DNA of 63,669 nucleotides, filler included, from Dugesia japonica (GCA_001938525.1; 5 parts of 5 records of this genome joined end to end with filler, not necessarily neighbours in it), one strand, 5' to 3'; positions 40,884-53,990 are shown, counted from the first letter of the whole stretch. Notes: a model not told the origin generated them from the sequence alone. Numbers and translations are program-made.

Positions 40884-41301
40884 ATGCCCAACCTTTTTGG
40901 CAGCTAACAATTTTACAAAATCGTAAATAAGATGATTCCATTATTATTGTAAACTTTCATCATCCTTCGTGTTTTTAATAGTTTTTCTTTCACAATATAT
41001 TTTAAGATTCATACTGGAAGTGTTTTGTAAAGGAAATGACTTGAAGAAATTCATTAAAATATGTGAAATGTTTTATGAAGCCAAGGATATCACTCAAAGG
41101 TGAGAACAAAAAAGATTGAGAGCATGCAGCATCGATAAAGATCCATTAGAAATGTATGCAAAACATTTTAAGAAGAATTTTAAATCAAGTTACGAATGGA
41201 ATTCTATTACGAAAGAAACAGACTTGAGAAAAAGAACGCTAAAAACAAAACAACATTTAAAAAAATTTCACAAATTGGAACGACACAAATTAAGATCTTA
41301 G
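40884..41301 (+). pseudogene. Possible decayed THAP-domain sequence (DNA-transposon derived) in eEF2K intron 1
   Basis: MPNFLAANNFTKS start resembles THAP N-termini (MPNFCAAPNC). Downstream RAC...YAKHF...RTLK resembles the THAP CxxHF..LK motif. Key cysteines are lost. Confidence 0.3.
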
Positions 41302-42229
41302 TGTAGTTACTTTAATTAATCAACAAACTCAAGGTGGGTGGTGTATAAGATAAATTTGACGTTAAAAATCTTTTTTTACGATAAATTAAAAAAATCAAAA
41401 AAAAACTAGTTAAAATATTATTAATTTTTGTGTGGAAGAGGTAAACATTTGTTAACATAATTTTATTTGGTGGTCTCTGAAAATTGTTGACATAATTAAT
41501 GGACAGACTCTGAGATGCACTAAGTTTACACCAGTACTACTACGTCACCGACATTATCATCATTTATCAAATTTTGCGCTTTTATATACCCACAAAAACA
41601 TTCAAAAACGAATTAAACATCGATTTAAAAAATATGGCAGTTAAAATAGGTTAAAAATCCAATTAAAAATAAAACAAACTTTGATATTATGATTAATTAA
41701 ACATTAAACACATGAAAATTATTTTAAATGTAACTAATTATATGATTACTATTGAGAATGGAATCGTATCAGACGTTATTTACCACTGATAAAAATAAAA
41801 TATTACACACCATTAAACATGTTTTCATATTTTACAATTACAATAATTGCAAGAATAATTGTTGGACAATTAACCATTGATCGTATTTGAAAATGTTGTA
41901 ATTTTTATATTTTTTTAATTGTTGAAAGTATTTCGAATTTTATACTTTTGTCTTCTTCAGGAATTAATGTTTTGTTTTATTCAAGATTTATTGTTAAAAT
42001 AAAAAAATTTGGAATTTATATTATTGTATAGAATTCTAATTGATCCATTTATTTAATTCTTATAAATTATATTGATTTTAGGTTTATCTTTTTTAATTAG
42101 TAATTCTTCATGTTTCTCGCTGTGAATTGTGAGGAAATATTATATGATGTTGTTCTGGTGAAATTTAATGTTTGTGTTGAAAGTTTATAAGAACTTCACT
42201 TTCTTTTTGCTTGAGATCTTCCAAAAATA

Positions 42230-42815
42230 ATATAATTATCCTTTAGAGATAATTTTCGAAATTACCGATAATATTAATGATAACATTAAATTCACTTTAG
42301 ACAAATCAATCGACTTTCAGATTCCTTTTCTGGACACTTTAATCCAAAAGAAACAAGGTGAAATATTAACTACCCTATTATAAAGGAAACCATTTCAGAG
42401 CGGACATATATTACCCTGGAGTAGTAATAATACCATCAGACAGAAAATAAGTATAATTAAAGAAAAAAGAATTCGACCTGAAAGACTATCTTCAAATAAA
42501 GAAATGAAATTTATTTCTATCAAGTTGATAAAAAATAAATTCTTAAATAATGGCTACCCATATAAAATTATATCAAAATATCATTTATCTTCGNNNNNNN
42601 NNNNNNNNNNNNNNNNNNNNNNNNNNNNNNNNNNNNNNNNNNNAAAATCAAACCAAAAACCAACACAGTTATTAAATTACCTCATTTTATTAATGAGAAA
42701 TGTAGCCAAATCATGCAAAATATAATTTAACAAAAAATCTACACTCAAACACAATCCATTATATTCAAAACGCAAGCACCTTTGGGCATTTAATTATAGA
42801 AACCAAGACAAATTC
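42230..42815 (+). mobile_element. Penelope-like element fragment (RT thumb/linker), same family as 47133-48780
   Basis: Near-identical to 47750-48290 (PFLDTLIQKK, GHILPWSSNNTI, FLNNGYP). Confidence 0.85.
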
Positions 42816-43952
42816 AATAAAGTCAAATAAATTCTAAAAATTTATTATTTCAATAAATAAATCAAAAAATAATATCAAAAAAGTAAATTCCGATCTTTGA
42901 ACTCGAGACTAATCTTATAATTTCGCACAGGTCAAATTAAAACTTTGTGATCCAAAAAGAAATCTGAAAAGCAATAACTGTAACGAATTAGAGAGTCAAG
43001 TTAGGCGAATTCTCAATCTAATATTACTAATATCTATTTTACCCTCAATTGCAATTACAAGCATCATTTGCTCGAACCAAAACACCAATAAAAATCTGTA
43101 ACAATTTCCAATCGGAGATAACGGCCAAACAAATGATACCTGCTTTCGAATAAATGGTTGCCTGTGTTGGAAACCTCAAGATTCACACCAATCAAATGCT
43201 GAGCATTCTTTACAAATAATTTAATTTTATCTATAATTCTAAGGCAATGAACATTTATAATAATTTTTAAATCACGTGTATAAAGTTGAAGTATTTTGGA
43301 AAGGTGTCATTTTCTTAAAAATATATACTTTCATAAATTTTTCAAAAATAAATCCTGAAGACAAATTTGTCGAAAATTCCAAATACTAATTTAAAAAAAT
43401 ATTTATAAACATTTTCATCACAGCATTTAAGTTAATGAAATCTCAAATACGATCAGTATTTAAATTAATACGATTAATGATTATTAAATAAAAATTATTT
43501 AACATATAATTAATTATATAATTACTATTGAGAATGGAATCGTATAAGACGTTCTTTACCAATGATAGAAATAAATTATTAAACAGCATTGAACATGTTT
43601 TCATATCATTANAAATCTTAATAAATAAATCCAATTGTAAATCCCAAACAAAAAATTTCATCAAATTATTATTTCCTATTTAATATGAAAATCTAATTTT
43701 TATTTAATTTTAACGATTTTCGATAAAATATTTTCAAATTTTAAATTATGATAAAATATAAAATTAAATTATAAAAATATTGTTTTTTTAAAGGCCTGGA
43801 ATTTATCAAAAATTTCTATCTTCATGGAAATTATCTTGAATTTTATAATAAATTATTAAACAATAAAAACAATTAACGAAAAATTATCACTATAAATGAA
43901 TNTTTTAAAATTTATTATTAATTGCAACTCTTAAAAATGATTTTCTGCTTAC

Positions 43953-44365
43953 AATCTAAAGCATTCTCTCATAGCACCATGATCGAATGGAAGAGCTTCT
44001 AATTTAATCCAGATTTCATCTTGAACCCATTTTTTTTTAATAGCACTGTACCGATATCGATTGGCTTTTTCAGATTTAATACTGTCGACTGGAAAATCGT
44101 GCCACGGATCAATATCTTCATCATTTTTACATATTTTAGAAACTGCATTGAACCAACGTCTAAGAGCTGGAGAAATAGGATCTGTTTTGTCAGTAGACTG
44201 GGAATTCCAAGAAATCGATAATGAATGGGGTCTGCGTTGACTTCTGGGTTTGTTATTCTTATTAACTGTATACGGTGTTGACTCGCCAAATTCAGAAGAA
44301 CATTCTAATGAACTGGGTAACACTGGAGATTTAGTAACTTTACATGACTCAATATCTTCATCCAT
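43953..44365 (-). CDS. eef2k: Eukaryotic elongation factor 2 kinase, coding exon 1
   Basis: ATG at 44365; RRWFNAV (calmodulin-binding region), DPWHDF, RYRYSAIKKKW, PFDHGAMRECFR; donor TT|gtaagc. Confidence 0.93.
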
Positions 44366-46137
44366 ATTAACGTATAGCGACCACGTAATGATAATTTATT
44401 TTGATAAAGAAATATAGACATGAAATTTCAATTAAACTATCTCAAGAATACGCAGTCGGTCAACTTATCTAAGTTATATTATACAAATATTATGAAATAA
44501 TTAAAATATTTATAATTACCGGCCGAATTTGCGTCGCAATAAAACTTGGAGATATAAAACCAAAAAGATAAACGTCGTAACAAATTTCAATGGCTTCTAA
44601 TTAATTGAACTCTACTACAATTGCTTATTAAATAAACTAATGAATTTAAAGAAATCTAGGTTAGGAATTAAAATTTATTAAAAGTTTTGTTTTTTCATTA
44701 AAAATTTATTATTAATATAACTAATTTTTTTAATGATAGATTTGTTATATTTAAAATTTATTTTAATTTTGCAATTTTAGATATACTTTACGCAAAATTA
44801 AAATATTTTATAATACATTTATTTGGTGTAATAATGAAAATTTTTGTCATAAAATCTATTAAAAATTAATTATTACATTTCAAGAAAGTAATACTCTATA
44901 TTTTGTGGAATTAGAAGGCCATAATATATTATGAACTTCTACAAAGTCAGTTCTTGTATTCCTCGAAATACTGTTCACAATAAGATTTGTTCAAAAATAA
45001 TATCATTATAAAGCGACCTTTGTTGGANNNNNNNNNNNNNNNNNNNNNNNNNNNNNNNNNNNNNNNNNNNNNNNNNNNNNNNNNNNNNNNNNNNNNNNNN
45101 NNNNNNNNNNNNNNNNNNNNNNNNNNNNNNNNNNNNNNNNNNNNNNAGTGTTCTTTAAGTGGAGAAAATTTAAAAATCCAAAAGGCTACAAGAATCACTT
45201 GGATTAATTTATAGCCAAAAAGTAAAATTTCTGTGAGGATGGCTTCACGAAGTTTCTTCAAAAATAGCGACAAGTGAACAAACGAAAATGTTCACATTTG
45301 ATCAATTAAATATAAGTAAATATATATGTATTAATATATGTATATTTGTGTTGAAGTTTTACCCTAGGTGGGTTGATTTTTTTGTATGATTAAATCTAGG
45401 GGGGTCCAACTTTATATAAAATTAAGTCTAGGGTAATTGACCTGTAAAACCCCGCGATGAATTTGAATCTGGTGTCCCCCAAAAAAATCCAGATCTTCGG
45501 AATGAAGCCGTTGACTCATANNNNNNNNNNAGACTCGCACTCCTTTGGTTCGGGTTTATTTTACATGATACTAGCTTGATTTACTAATCACAATTAGCCT
45601 TTACAATTATCCACTGATAATTTTCCGTTTTGTGGGGTGTTCCTTAGTTCGGTCACTCTTTATTTGATTATAATCTTAATAGCCATATTTTCAATTCGGG
45701 AAAACAAAAGAATTTATAAGTGAATTTATATGATTTAAATTTCACTTGGGATACAATAACCTAAAAATTAGTATAATTAACGTGACCTGGATCCCTATCC
45801 GGAGCAAGCACAATAGCATAACATCCATCCCATTCGTGTCCCATAGTGACTCCAGAAGTCCTCCATAATAATAAGTCATAGCAATCTAGTCGGAAACCGT
45901 TGTTCGCAATAATCAACGAGAAATTACCGTAGAATCAATTCTTTGCTTCAATAATAATTTTGATTGTACTCCAGAAATTTTGGTGCTTCCGAATTTATTG
46001 TTACTCTTCTCGTAATTAGAAATTGGTGCGATCAGAGTTTTTTATATTCTCCCTTTTAATGAAAATTTCATCGGTATTTATACCAGATTCGCCGACGCCT
46101 TCATTCGTTTCATTGGTAGATATAAATTCTCGGTGTT

Positions 46138-46237
46138 NNNNNNNNNNNNNNNNNNNNNNNNNNNNNNNNNNNNNNNNNNNNTTAATTAATTAANNNNNNN
46201 NNNNNNNNNNNNNNNNNNNNNNNNNNNNNNNNNNNNN
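46138..46237. other. Artificial contig linker
   Basis: 44N-TTAATTAATTAA-44N. Confidence 0.95.
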
Positions 46238-46439
46238 TCTTTAAATTTTATCAAAATTTTATTGGTTTATTTTTTTTTAAAATTTAATGATTTTAATTTT
46301 TTAATTTTTTTTTTTAAATCAAAAAATTTTCAAAAAAAGGATTTTTTTTACTAATATAGAAAAGTCTTTTAGATATAATAGATATATTATACTTAGAATT
46401 TTTTAATTTTGATTTTTGATTTGATCAGGAACACTTAGT

Positions 46440-47075
46440 TTCTGAAACTTTAAATAAACTAAATAGTGATTTGTCTAATGTTAAGGAATGTGCGGGTGTA
46501 GAAACAGATCCTAAAATTATTTTATCTTTACCTTATTCTGAAGGCTTCAAAAAATTTAAACTATCAATTAAAAATTCTCTTAAGAATATTTTTAATATAA
46601 AGGTTTTAACTATAATAATGATAAATCTATAACCCCTTTAGGCTTGTGCACTGATCTTATCTATCAATTTTAATATAATGGTTGTAACGTCAAATACATT
46701 GGACAGACTTCCCGTCATCTCTGCATTAGTGTACAGGAGCATAGTTGAAATAGTGGAAATAGTAAAATTGTAGAGCATCAAAGAAAATTTATAAAGTCAG
46801 TAGAGCTTTCTGGTTTTAAAATCTTGTGCAGTGAATTTAATAATTATTGAGATAGAGTGGTGTGTGAAGGTTTGTTGGTAAGGGCATTAAATCCTAAAAT
46901 TAATGATCACTGAACGGATTCAACATCGCTCTTAAAATTATTTTATTGATTATTTATTGAGATTGCATAATTGAAAAAATATAGTCATTTAAACTTTGTA
47001 TATATTTTGTTTTAATATTTTTTAATTGCCTTCTGATGACAGTTATTCCGTCGAAATTGATTGCAACAAATAAAT
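46440..47075 (+). mobile_element. Penelope-like element 3' fragment (GIY-YIG endonuclease + pLTR)
   Basis: LSLPY; LIYQF*YNGCNVKYIGQTSRHL..VQEH; FKIL...RVVCEGLLVRALNPKIN; followed by a hammerhead-like motif and AATAAA. Confidence 0.85.
47026..47066 (+). ncRNA. Degenerate hammerhead ribozyme in PLE tail
   Basis: ttgc-cttCTGATGACAG ttatt CCGTC-GAAA-ttga-tt-gcaa. Located just downstream of the GIY-YIG ORF. Confidence 0.55.
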
Positions 47076-47132
47076 ATAAATTATTTAAAAAATTATAAAT
47101 AATATATTATATTTTCTAAATTCAATAAACAA

Positions 47133-48780
47133 TTGATTCAAATAACAGAAAAATATGAAGACCCAATAAAATCTTCACTTTCAACCGTTAAATCTCATGA
47201 ACCAGTTCAATCCTCAATGTACTGTGTTCCTAGATATCACAAAACAATAATGAAAGGAAGACCTATTGTAAAAGCTTCTGACACTCCTTCTACTGCATTA
47301 TGCAAATTTATGACAGATATATGAATATCACTATTATGTTTCATTCCGGCACATTTAAAGAATAGTTTATCGAACGAATTAAAAATTATGACTGGAAAAG
47401 TGATGATGAATTTAGTTCATATATAACAAATCTATATGGATCGATTCCAATTGATTGACATGAAAATGTCATTGATATTGTAAGTGACTTCTTTGAAAGA
47501 TACAAAGAACATACAGATATTCCAGAGATCACCAAAAATGATTTCAAATGTCTTATCAATTTGTGTTTCTTCTCTGATAGCATTTTCATTGGTAAACAAC
47601 TTTTTAAACAAAAAGGTGGTCTTGCCATGGGTAATAATTTAACTCCAATTCTAGCGATAGTTTCAATGAACTTCATTGAAAATCAAATAATTCTTAAATC
47701 AAACAAGAAACTTCATCTATGGTTTAGATACATAGATTATATTTTCTTTGTAACTAATTGTTCTTTAGAGAACATTTTAGAATTACCCAACAGTATAAAT
47801 GATAACATTAGATTCACTTTAGAGAAATCAATTGACTTCCAGATTTTTTTTCTGGACACAGTAATCCAAAAGAAACCTGGTGAAATATTAACTACCCAAT
47901 TATATATGAAGCCATTTCACAGTGGACATATATTACCTTGGAGTAGTAATAATACCATCAGCCAGAAAATTGGTTTAATTAAAGGGGAAAGAATTCGAGC
48001 TGAAAGACTATCTTAAAATGAAGAAATGAAATCAATTTCTCCTAAGTTGATAAAAAATAAATTCTTAAATAACGGCTACCCAAATAAAATTATATCGAAA
48101 TATTTATCTTTGAATTCAAAACATAATAAAATCAAACAAAAAACAAACACAGTTATTAAAATATCTTTTATTAATGAGAAATGAAGCCAAACCATGCAAA
48201 GTAAAACAAAAAATTCTAAACTCAAACACAATCCAAGAATTATATTCAAAACGCAAGCACCTTTTGGCATCCAATTACAGAAACCAAGACAAAACTTTTG
48301 TGGTCCCAAATGCATTTGTGATNGTAGAAATATATGCAATAAGAAAAATGTCACTTATAAAATAACATGCACCATTTGTCAAGAAACATATATATGTGAA
48401 CCATGCAGAACCATCCGAACAAGAATTAAGGAACAACTGAAACAAAAAGAAAGTAAAGTCTTCAAACACTTTCAACATAAGTGTTTCTACACTTCATAGA
48501 AAAAATCATGAAGAATTACTAATTAAAGAAGATAATCCTAAAATCACTGTAATTTATAATAATTAAATAATTATTTTACAATTGCAATTATTGCGAGAAT
48601 AATTATTTGACGTAACCATTGATCGTTTTATAGAATTCATTTAAAATTAAAGCTTTGATCAAAATTTGCTTTTTTTTGGTTTTTGATAATAATTCTATGT
48701 ATCGAAAATATAGTCGAAATAAAGAATTATCAAAAACCAAAAAAACAGATTTTGATTGAAGTTTTATTTTAATAAAATTT
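47133..48780 (+). mobile_element. Penelope-like retroelement (RT + GIY-YIG), decayed, with inverted tail
   Basis: GRPIV, NLYGSIP, FKQKGGLAMGNNLTPILA, WFRYIDYIF, FLDT, FLNNGYP; NVTYKITCTICQETYICE..RTIRTRIKE. Inverted repeat at 48640-48780. Confidence 0.92.
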
Positions 48781-49429
48781 AATTGCTTAAATTTGTCCTC
48801 AAATAATTTTAAAAATATATTTTTTTAGTAAAATTATTTAAAATGTCAACATATTTAATAAAAAAAAACCATTTGTAAATAATATTGAAATAACTAAAAT
48901 ATTTTCTTGTTGAATTTTCAATTTTATTGATTCAATTATCAAATCGACGCCACAAGTTTCAGCTGGCTAATTTCTAAAATGCTAAATAATTATTACTCAC
49001 AAAATAATACTATAAATAATAAAAAAATTANNNNNNNNNNNNNNNNNNNNNNNNNNNNNNNNNNNNNNNNNNNNNNNNNNTTAAAATAAAATTTGTAAAT
49101 AATCCATACAGTTGTAAATAAAATAGAATTTTTTTATTAACTTTATACTTTAAGTCATACTTTTTAATTCAAACCAAAAACAATTTTGCAAATACATTCT
49201 CATTTTCAGATTGAATATTAAAAATAACGGGCGCCATGGGCGCACTCAGAATAAACTAGTTACTTAATATTTGGTAATTCGGAAAGTAATCGTGAATTTC
49301 GAAACTAAACTTTAAACTGTCATAACTATCATAATTAAGTGCATTACAAATGTTTTATTAAAAATAATCACCATTGGAATCTATGCATATTTCCAACGTG
49401 ATAAGNNNNNNNNNNNNNNNNNNNNNNNN

Positions 49430-49860
49430 AAATCTGGATTTCTGGAGTCAATGAAATCTATGAATGCTGTTTTGATGTCGCATTGATTTTTGAAAGCTTT
49501 ATCCTTCAAGAAGTGATCAAGGTACTTTTTTGTGTATTTTTTTCAACTGGTCACAATACAAAATCTCAGTAATTGTTTCACCAGGCTGGGTGTAAGAAAA
49601 GTGAATAACTTCCGCAGTTGACCGCCATACAGTAAGCATAAACTTCTTTGGATTGAGCTTCATATTTGGGAACTGTTTATGGGACTGATCAACTGATAAC
49701 CATTGTGCAGTGCGTTTCCGGTTATCATAAATAATTCTCTTTTCATAACAATATATTCACGGTATCTTGAGTTGCAGTACGTCTTCTAAAGATTTGTTTA
49801 TATTTTCAGTTGTTTCTGCTGCATTTTCACTGAGTTTTGATCTTTGCATTTTAAAATAAA
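49430..49860 (-). mobile_element. Internally deleted mariner
   Basis: NAAETTENINK; YDNRKRTAQWL; KLNPKKFMLTVW; LDHFLKDKAFKN..FIDSRNPDF. Confidence 0.7.
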
Positions 49861-50399
49861 TTTTAAATAACGAAATTTGTTTTTTAAAATATTTGGTTAA
49901 TATACAGATCAATGGTAAAGTTAATTTTTAGAAAATAAATTTTAAAATTAAAATTTTTCAAAAGAAATTTATTTATGGTTTGCACCAAATAACTGAGAAT
50001 ATATTCAATAAATTTAAAATTTAATGTTATAATTAGTGACTTATGAAAATTAATTTTAATCAGATTAATGTAAATTGTGTTTCTGTTTAAACGTTTATAA
50101 CCAGAATGAATTGAGCAATCGTTCTTGGAGAAGGCATAGCCGAAATATTGAACCATTTATTTTTTACTCTTGAAATAAATCAAGTTTTCTAATATTGTTT
50201 ATTATGGTCTTTATTTGTTTGTTGAAAAATAAATTAATTAAATTTATTAATAAATATGACCTCGTAATTTAGAAATAAATAAATATGTTGTCATTGAAAC
50301 GATTGGTGTAATCACTAGATTTAAATAACTAGTTTTGATATGTATTAAATAATATTTATGCATGCCTATGTTAACTATAAAAATATTGGATTTCCATAG

Positions 50400-50800
50400 G
50401 GAGGATTGATTCCAATTCGCTGGACAGCACCTGAAGCTATAAATTATCGTCGATTTACATCGTCGAGCGATGTTTGGAGTTTTGGAATTGTCATGTGGGA
50501 AGTAATGTCATATGGTGAACGACCCTATTGGAATTGGCCAAACAAAGACGTTCTTTTATCAATTGAAGCTGGTTACCGGTTACCAGCGCCAAAAGGATGT
50601 CCATCGGCCATTCATGTTTTAATGATTGACTGTTGGACTTATGAAAGAGCAGAAAGGCCGAAATTTGTTCAGATTCTTCGATATATTGATGATTTATTGC
50701 GATGTCCTGAAACATTAACAACTTTACCTCTTTCACTGTCAATTGGAGGACTATCAGTTGATTCTTATTGTCGAAATTCTATCAAATTTCCTGAAATAAA
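50400..50800 (+). CDS. eph: Eph receptor tyrosine kinase, penultimate exon (kinase C-lobe)
   Basis: ccatag|GGA GGA; [55 protein letters not shown] is Eph-specific. Confidence 0.93.
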
Positions 50801-50851
50801 GTTAACAATTTAATATTTTTTTAAAATATAAAATTTACAAGTTCAACTTAG

Positions 50852-51134
50852 AAAGCCACATCAAATTAATAAACCACTATTACAATCAGAGCAAATATTC
50901 GGTCCGGAGAGTGCAATCTTTGAGTGGCTTGATTGTCTTTATCTGTCATGTTACAAAGATAATTTTGCGAAACATAATTTAACTTATTTGGGTCAAATTA
51001 GTAAATTTACTAGAAAAGATTTGCTTTCACTTGACATAACCGAAACAGATCATTTATACAAATTGATGGGCAACATTGAAGCTATGCAAAATTATTTTGA
51101 TACCCTACCTTCGACTTCGTTTGTATTAATGTAA
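50852..51134 (+). CDS. eph: Eph receptor, last exon (SAM domain + hydrophobic C-terminus)
   Basis: A 51-nt intron at 50801-50851 restores frame: IFEWLDCLYLSCYKDNF...DLLSLDITETDHLYKLMGNI...SFVLM*. Confidence 0.85.
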
Positions 51135-52273
51135 TTATACATATCTATAGAAAAAAACCAAAACTGTTAGCCGTAGATTTTTAATACTTTTATCATTTGT
51201 ATTTACATTTAACGTTTTTAAATTATCTCCTTTTAAAGTCAGTTGTTAATTAAATATTTGTACAATGACTTCAGAATAAAAAAGATGTGAATGCATGTTT
51301 CAGCAGAAAAAGAATATTTTGCTGCCAGGAAACAATGCTATTTTCATCTATTAATTTTATTCGTTTACACTCGGTGTTTTCTTTTTGTTTGTTCTTATTT
51401 ATTTTGAGTAAAACCAATTCAAACAAATGAGGGGAAAAAACTAATATAACTAAACTGTCCAAAAAACCGAATTCAAATTGATTATACTTTTAAACAGATT
51501 GTTGTTTAAATTTGTTCATTTTTTTTAATTTTAAGAATAGTGAATTGTTTTTTTTTCATTAATTTTATTTATTAAATTGAAATTCATGCAGAACTTTAAA
51601 TATATTAAAAAGAATTTATTTTATTTCATTTTCTTCGGATTTTGTTATTAATTTCTTATTTAATAATTAAAATTATTAGAGCTATGAGATTATTATAATC
51701 GGATAATAACAGTTGAAATTGAGTTGGATAACATAACAAATAATTCGAAATATGTTCATTAATTTTAAGATATGTTTGTTAAAAGTATTGAATTAAAAAG
51801 TTATTTAATTATTTAATTTAATTAAATAAAATAATTTAATTTAAAATAATTTAAAATAATTAACTTCAATTAAAATAACATTTTATTGTAATCAGACAAA
51901 ATAAAAAATATGAAATTATTACGTCTATATTATTCAAAAAAAATTTAAGCAATTATACTGAATATAATAAAAATTCAAAACATTAAAAATTATGTCAAAA
52001 AAATTTAAGATTTATTGGAAGAGAGTGCTGTATGAGGCATTAATGATTAGATTTCATAATCCAAGCATTTATTGTACGACTAAATATTACGACTAAATTT
52101 GATTTTAAAAAAAATTAGATTTAGATTTGGAATTTGGTTATAGACTTTAAAATTTCAATCTAAATTTAAATCTGATATAATTTTATTATGAATTTTTATT
52201 ATAGTCAACTAATATTCAACATAATTTCTTAAAACTTCGTTTTAATAATATAGACTAAATAATCTCATTTTTC

Positions 52274-52326
52274 CATTTTTTCTGATGATGACGAATGTTG
52301 ATCCGTCGAATATATATCAAAATAAA
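52274..52326 (+). ncRNA. Hammerhead-like relic of a third PLE tail
   Basis: tttt-CTGATGA-T-GACGAAT gttg ATCCGTC-GAAt-ATATATC-aaaa then AATAAA. An upstream remnant at ~52015 reads YWKRVLYEALMI (GIY-YIG end). Confidence 0.55.
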
Positions 52327-52902
52327 GTGTTACTTTGTCATTTTTTTTAAATATTTAAATATAATTTAGATTCAAAAAAAATTTTAAAAATGGAAAAATC
52401 AAAATGTTATTTTTTTAATTTCTGTTAGAAATCCAAATTTTCAATAACAAACTCCTTTGGGGATTTACTTTAAGATTTATTTAAATTATTAGAAAAAATA
52501 TAAATGGTTTTAGAATTTATTTAATTTTAATTGGATAATTTGTTTAATTATTATAAATTACATTGATTTTAGATTTATCATTTTTAATTCGTATTAGCTA
52601 GTTGACCATTTTAATTAAATTGTGAAGGTATTGGAAATTCTTATTTTATTTTAATGTGAAATGCAACTAATTGTGGGGGAGTATTCGGACAATGAGCCAT
52701 AATATTTACATTATCATTAAATCACTTTCTGCATAAAATGAATTTAATAAAGTCTAATAAAAATTTTGAAAAAAGAAAGGGAAATTTAAAACAGAGATAT
52801 GACATTTTAAGATGAAAATTAAATTAAATCAGATTCATTGAAATAAAAGCTTCGATCAAAAAAAATTTTTTTGTTTTCAATAATAATAATAAAAGAAAAT
52901 TA

Positions 52903-53560
52903 GTCATGTATGTTATTAAAGATTATGAAGATAATATCGTGCAAAGAAAATTTTTTGAACAGGAATTACAATTCATTCCACCGCCAGGGATATTAGGAAT
53001 AGAAAAAATCATCAAATTTAAAGGGAAATGGTGAGAATAAATAATACTATGTAAAGTCGTATGAATATGAAAAACCTAGTTGGATATTAGAATCACAGAT
53101 AGTTAATCAAGAAGAAGAAATTCGGATGAAAACAAATAATTTATATACAATTTTACCAACNAATAGTTGTCCACCTATTCATTCGGAAAATACAGCTAGT
53201 AAATTCATTGTTGAGCTTCAAANCCCTATTTATTTGGATGGTCAGTGAGAANTTACATTGTTGGATTNCACTTTTGTATATTCTACATTTCCAATGTATA
53301 GCAGGTNGAAAATTGATTTCATGTAACAGGCCAATATAATAAATGATATAATTATTACAATTAATAACAACGAAAAAAAGTTGAAGGTCAATCAAAATGA
53401 AATTGCAGCAATATCTGGTAAGATATACTTAACTTTGACTTGCAATTATCCACATGAACTCATATTTGATGATGTATATATGGCACACAACTTCAATTTT
53501 GGATTTAAATCAAACCAAATAAGATATATGAAAGGTAGTTTTTAAAAGCAGATTTAATTT
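52903..53560 (+). mobile_element. Polinton/Maverick fragment: integrase C-terminus with chromodomain, then minor capsid (penton) N-terminus
   Basis: YVIKDYEDNIVQRKFFEQELQ..IEKIIK..YYVKSYEYEKPSWI. From ATG 53126: LYTILPxNSCPPIHSENTASKFIVELQxPIYLDGQ*E. Confidence 0.7.
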
Positions 53561-53829
53561 TTTATATTTTGAGGTGGAATTTATGGAAATCAGTTTGTTA
53601 AATATTTAAATAAGAAAATAAGTTAAAATATATAAAATGTATTTTTAAAATTTGACATTAGATAAATTTTAAAATGTTTTGCAAATACTGATATTTGATA
53701 TTTTCGGTTTTGAATAAGAAATTTTAAATTTATTTGAAAAAAATAAATTTATATGTTTAGTTTTGTTTTAATAAATCTTGTAATGAATTCGAGTTCTGAT
53801 ATTAATAATCCGATGAGTATTCCAAACTC

Positions 53830-53990
53830 ATCTAACATAGTGGCAGTGGTTATTTTTTTATTTTGCAGAGTCGATAGTCTAGAGAAGTTTATTAAACGGT
53901 GTGAAATATACTTCGAGACGAAGAACAAGACAAAATATCGAGAGAATTACAAAAAGAACAGAACCACAGTGTTGGACATGCCAGAGTTAT
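53830..53990 (+). mobile_element. Possible Gypsy 5' remnant (LTR end, PBS, gag start)
   Basis: TAACA followed by TGGCAGTGG, then SLEKFIKRCEIYF (gag-like). Confidence 0.35.

Noticed and set aside
42979-43103. Short TG..CA LTR-like segment
   Set aside because: No TSD, PBS or PPT support.
43354-43380. CTGAAGA...GAAA hammerhead-like motif
   Set aside because: No plausible stems I or III.
14391-51134. Functional cluster of zinc-finger, eEF2K and Eph genes, or Eph as local donor of the FN3-like domain
   Set aside because: The genes lie on separate contigs joined by artificial linkers, and no Eph ectodomain is present to compare.
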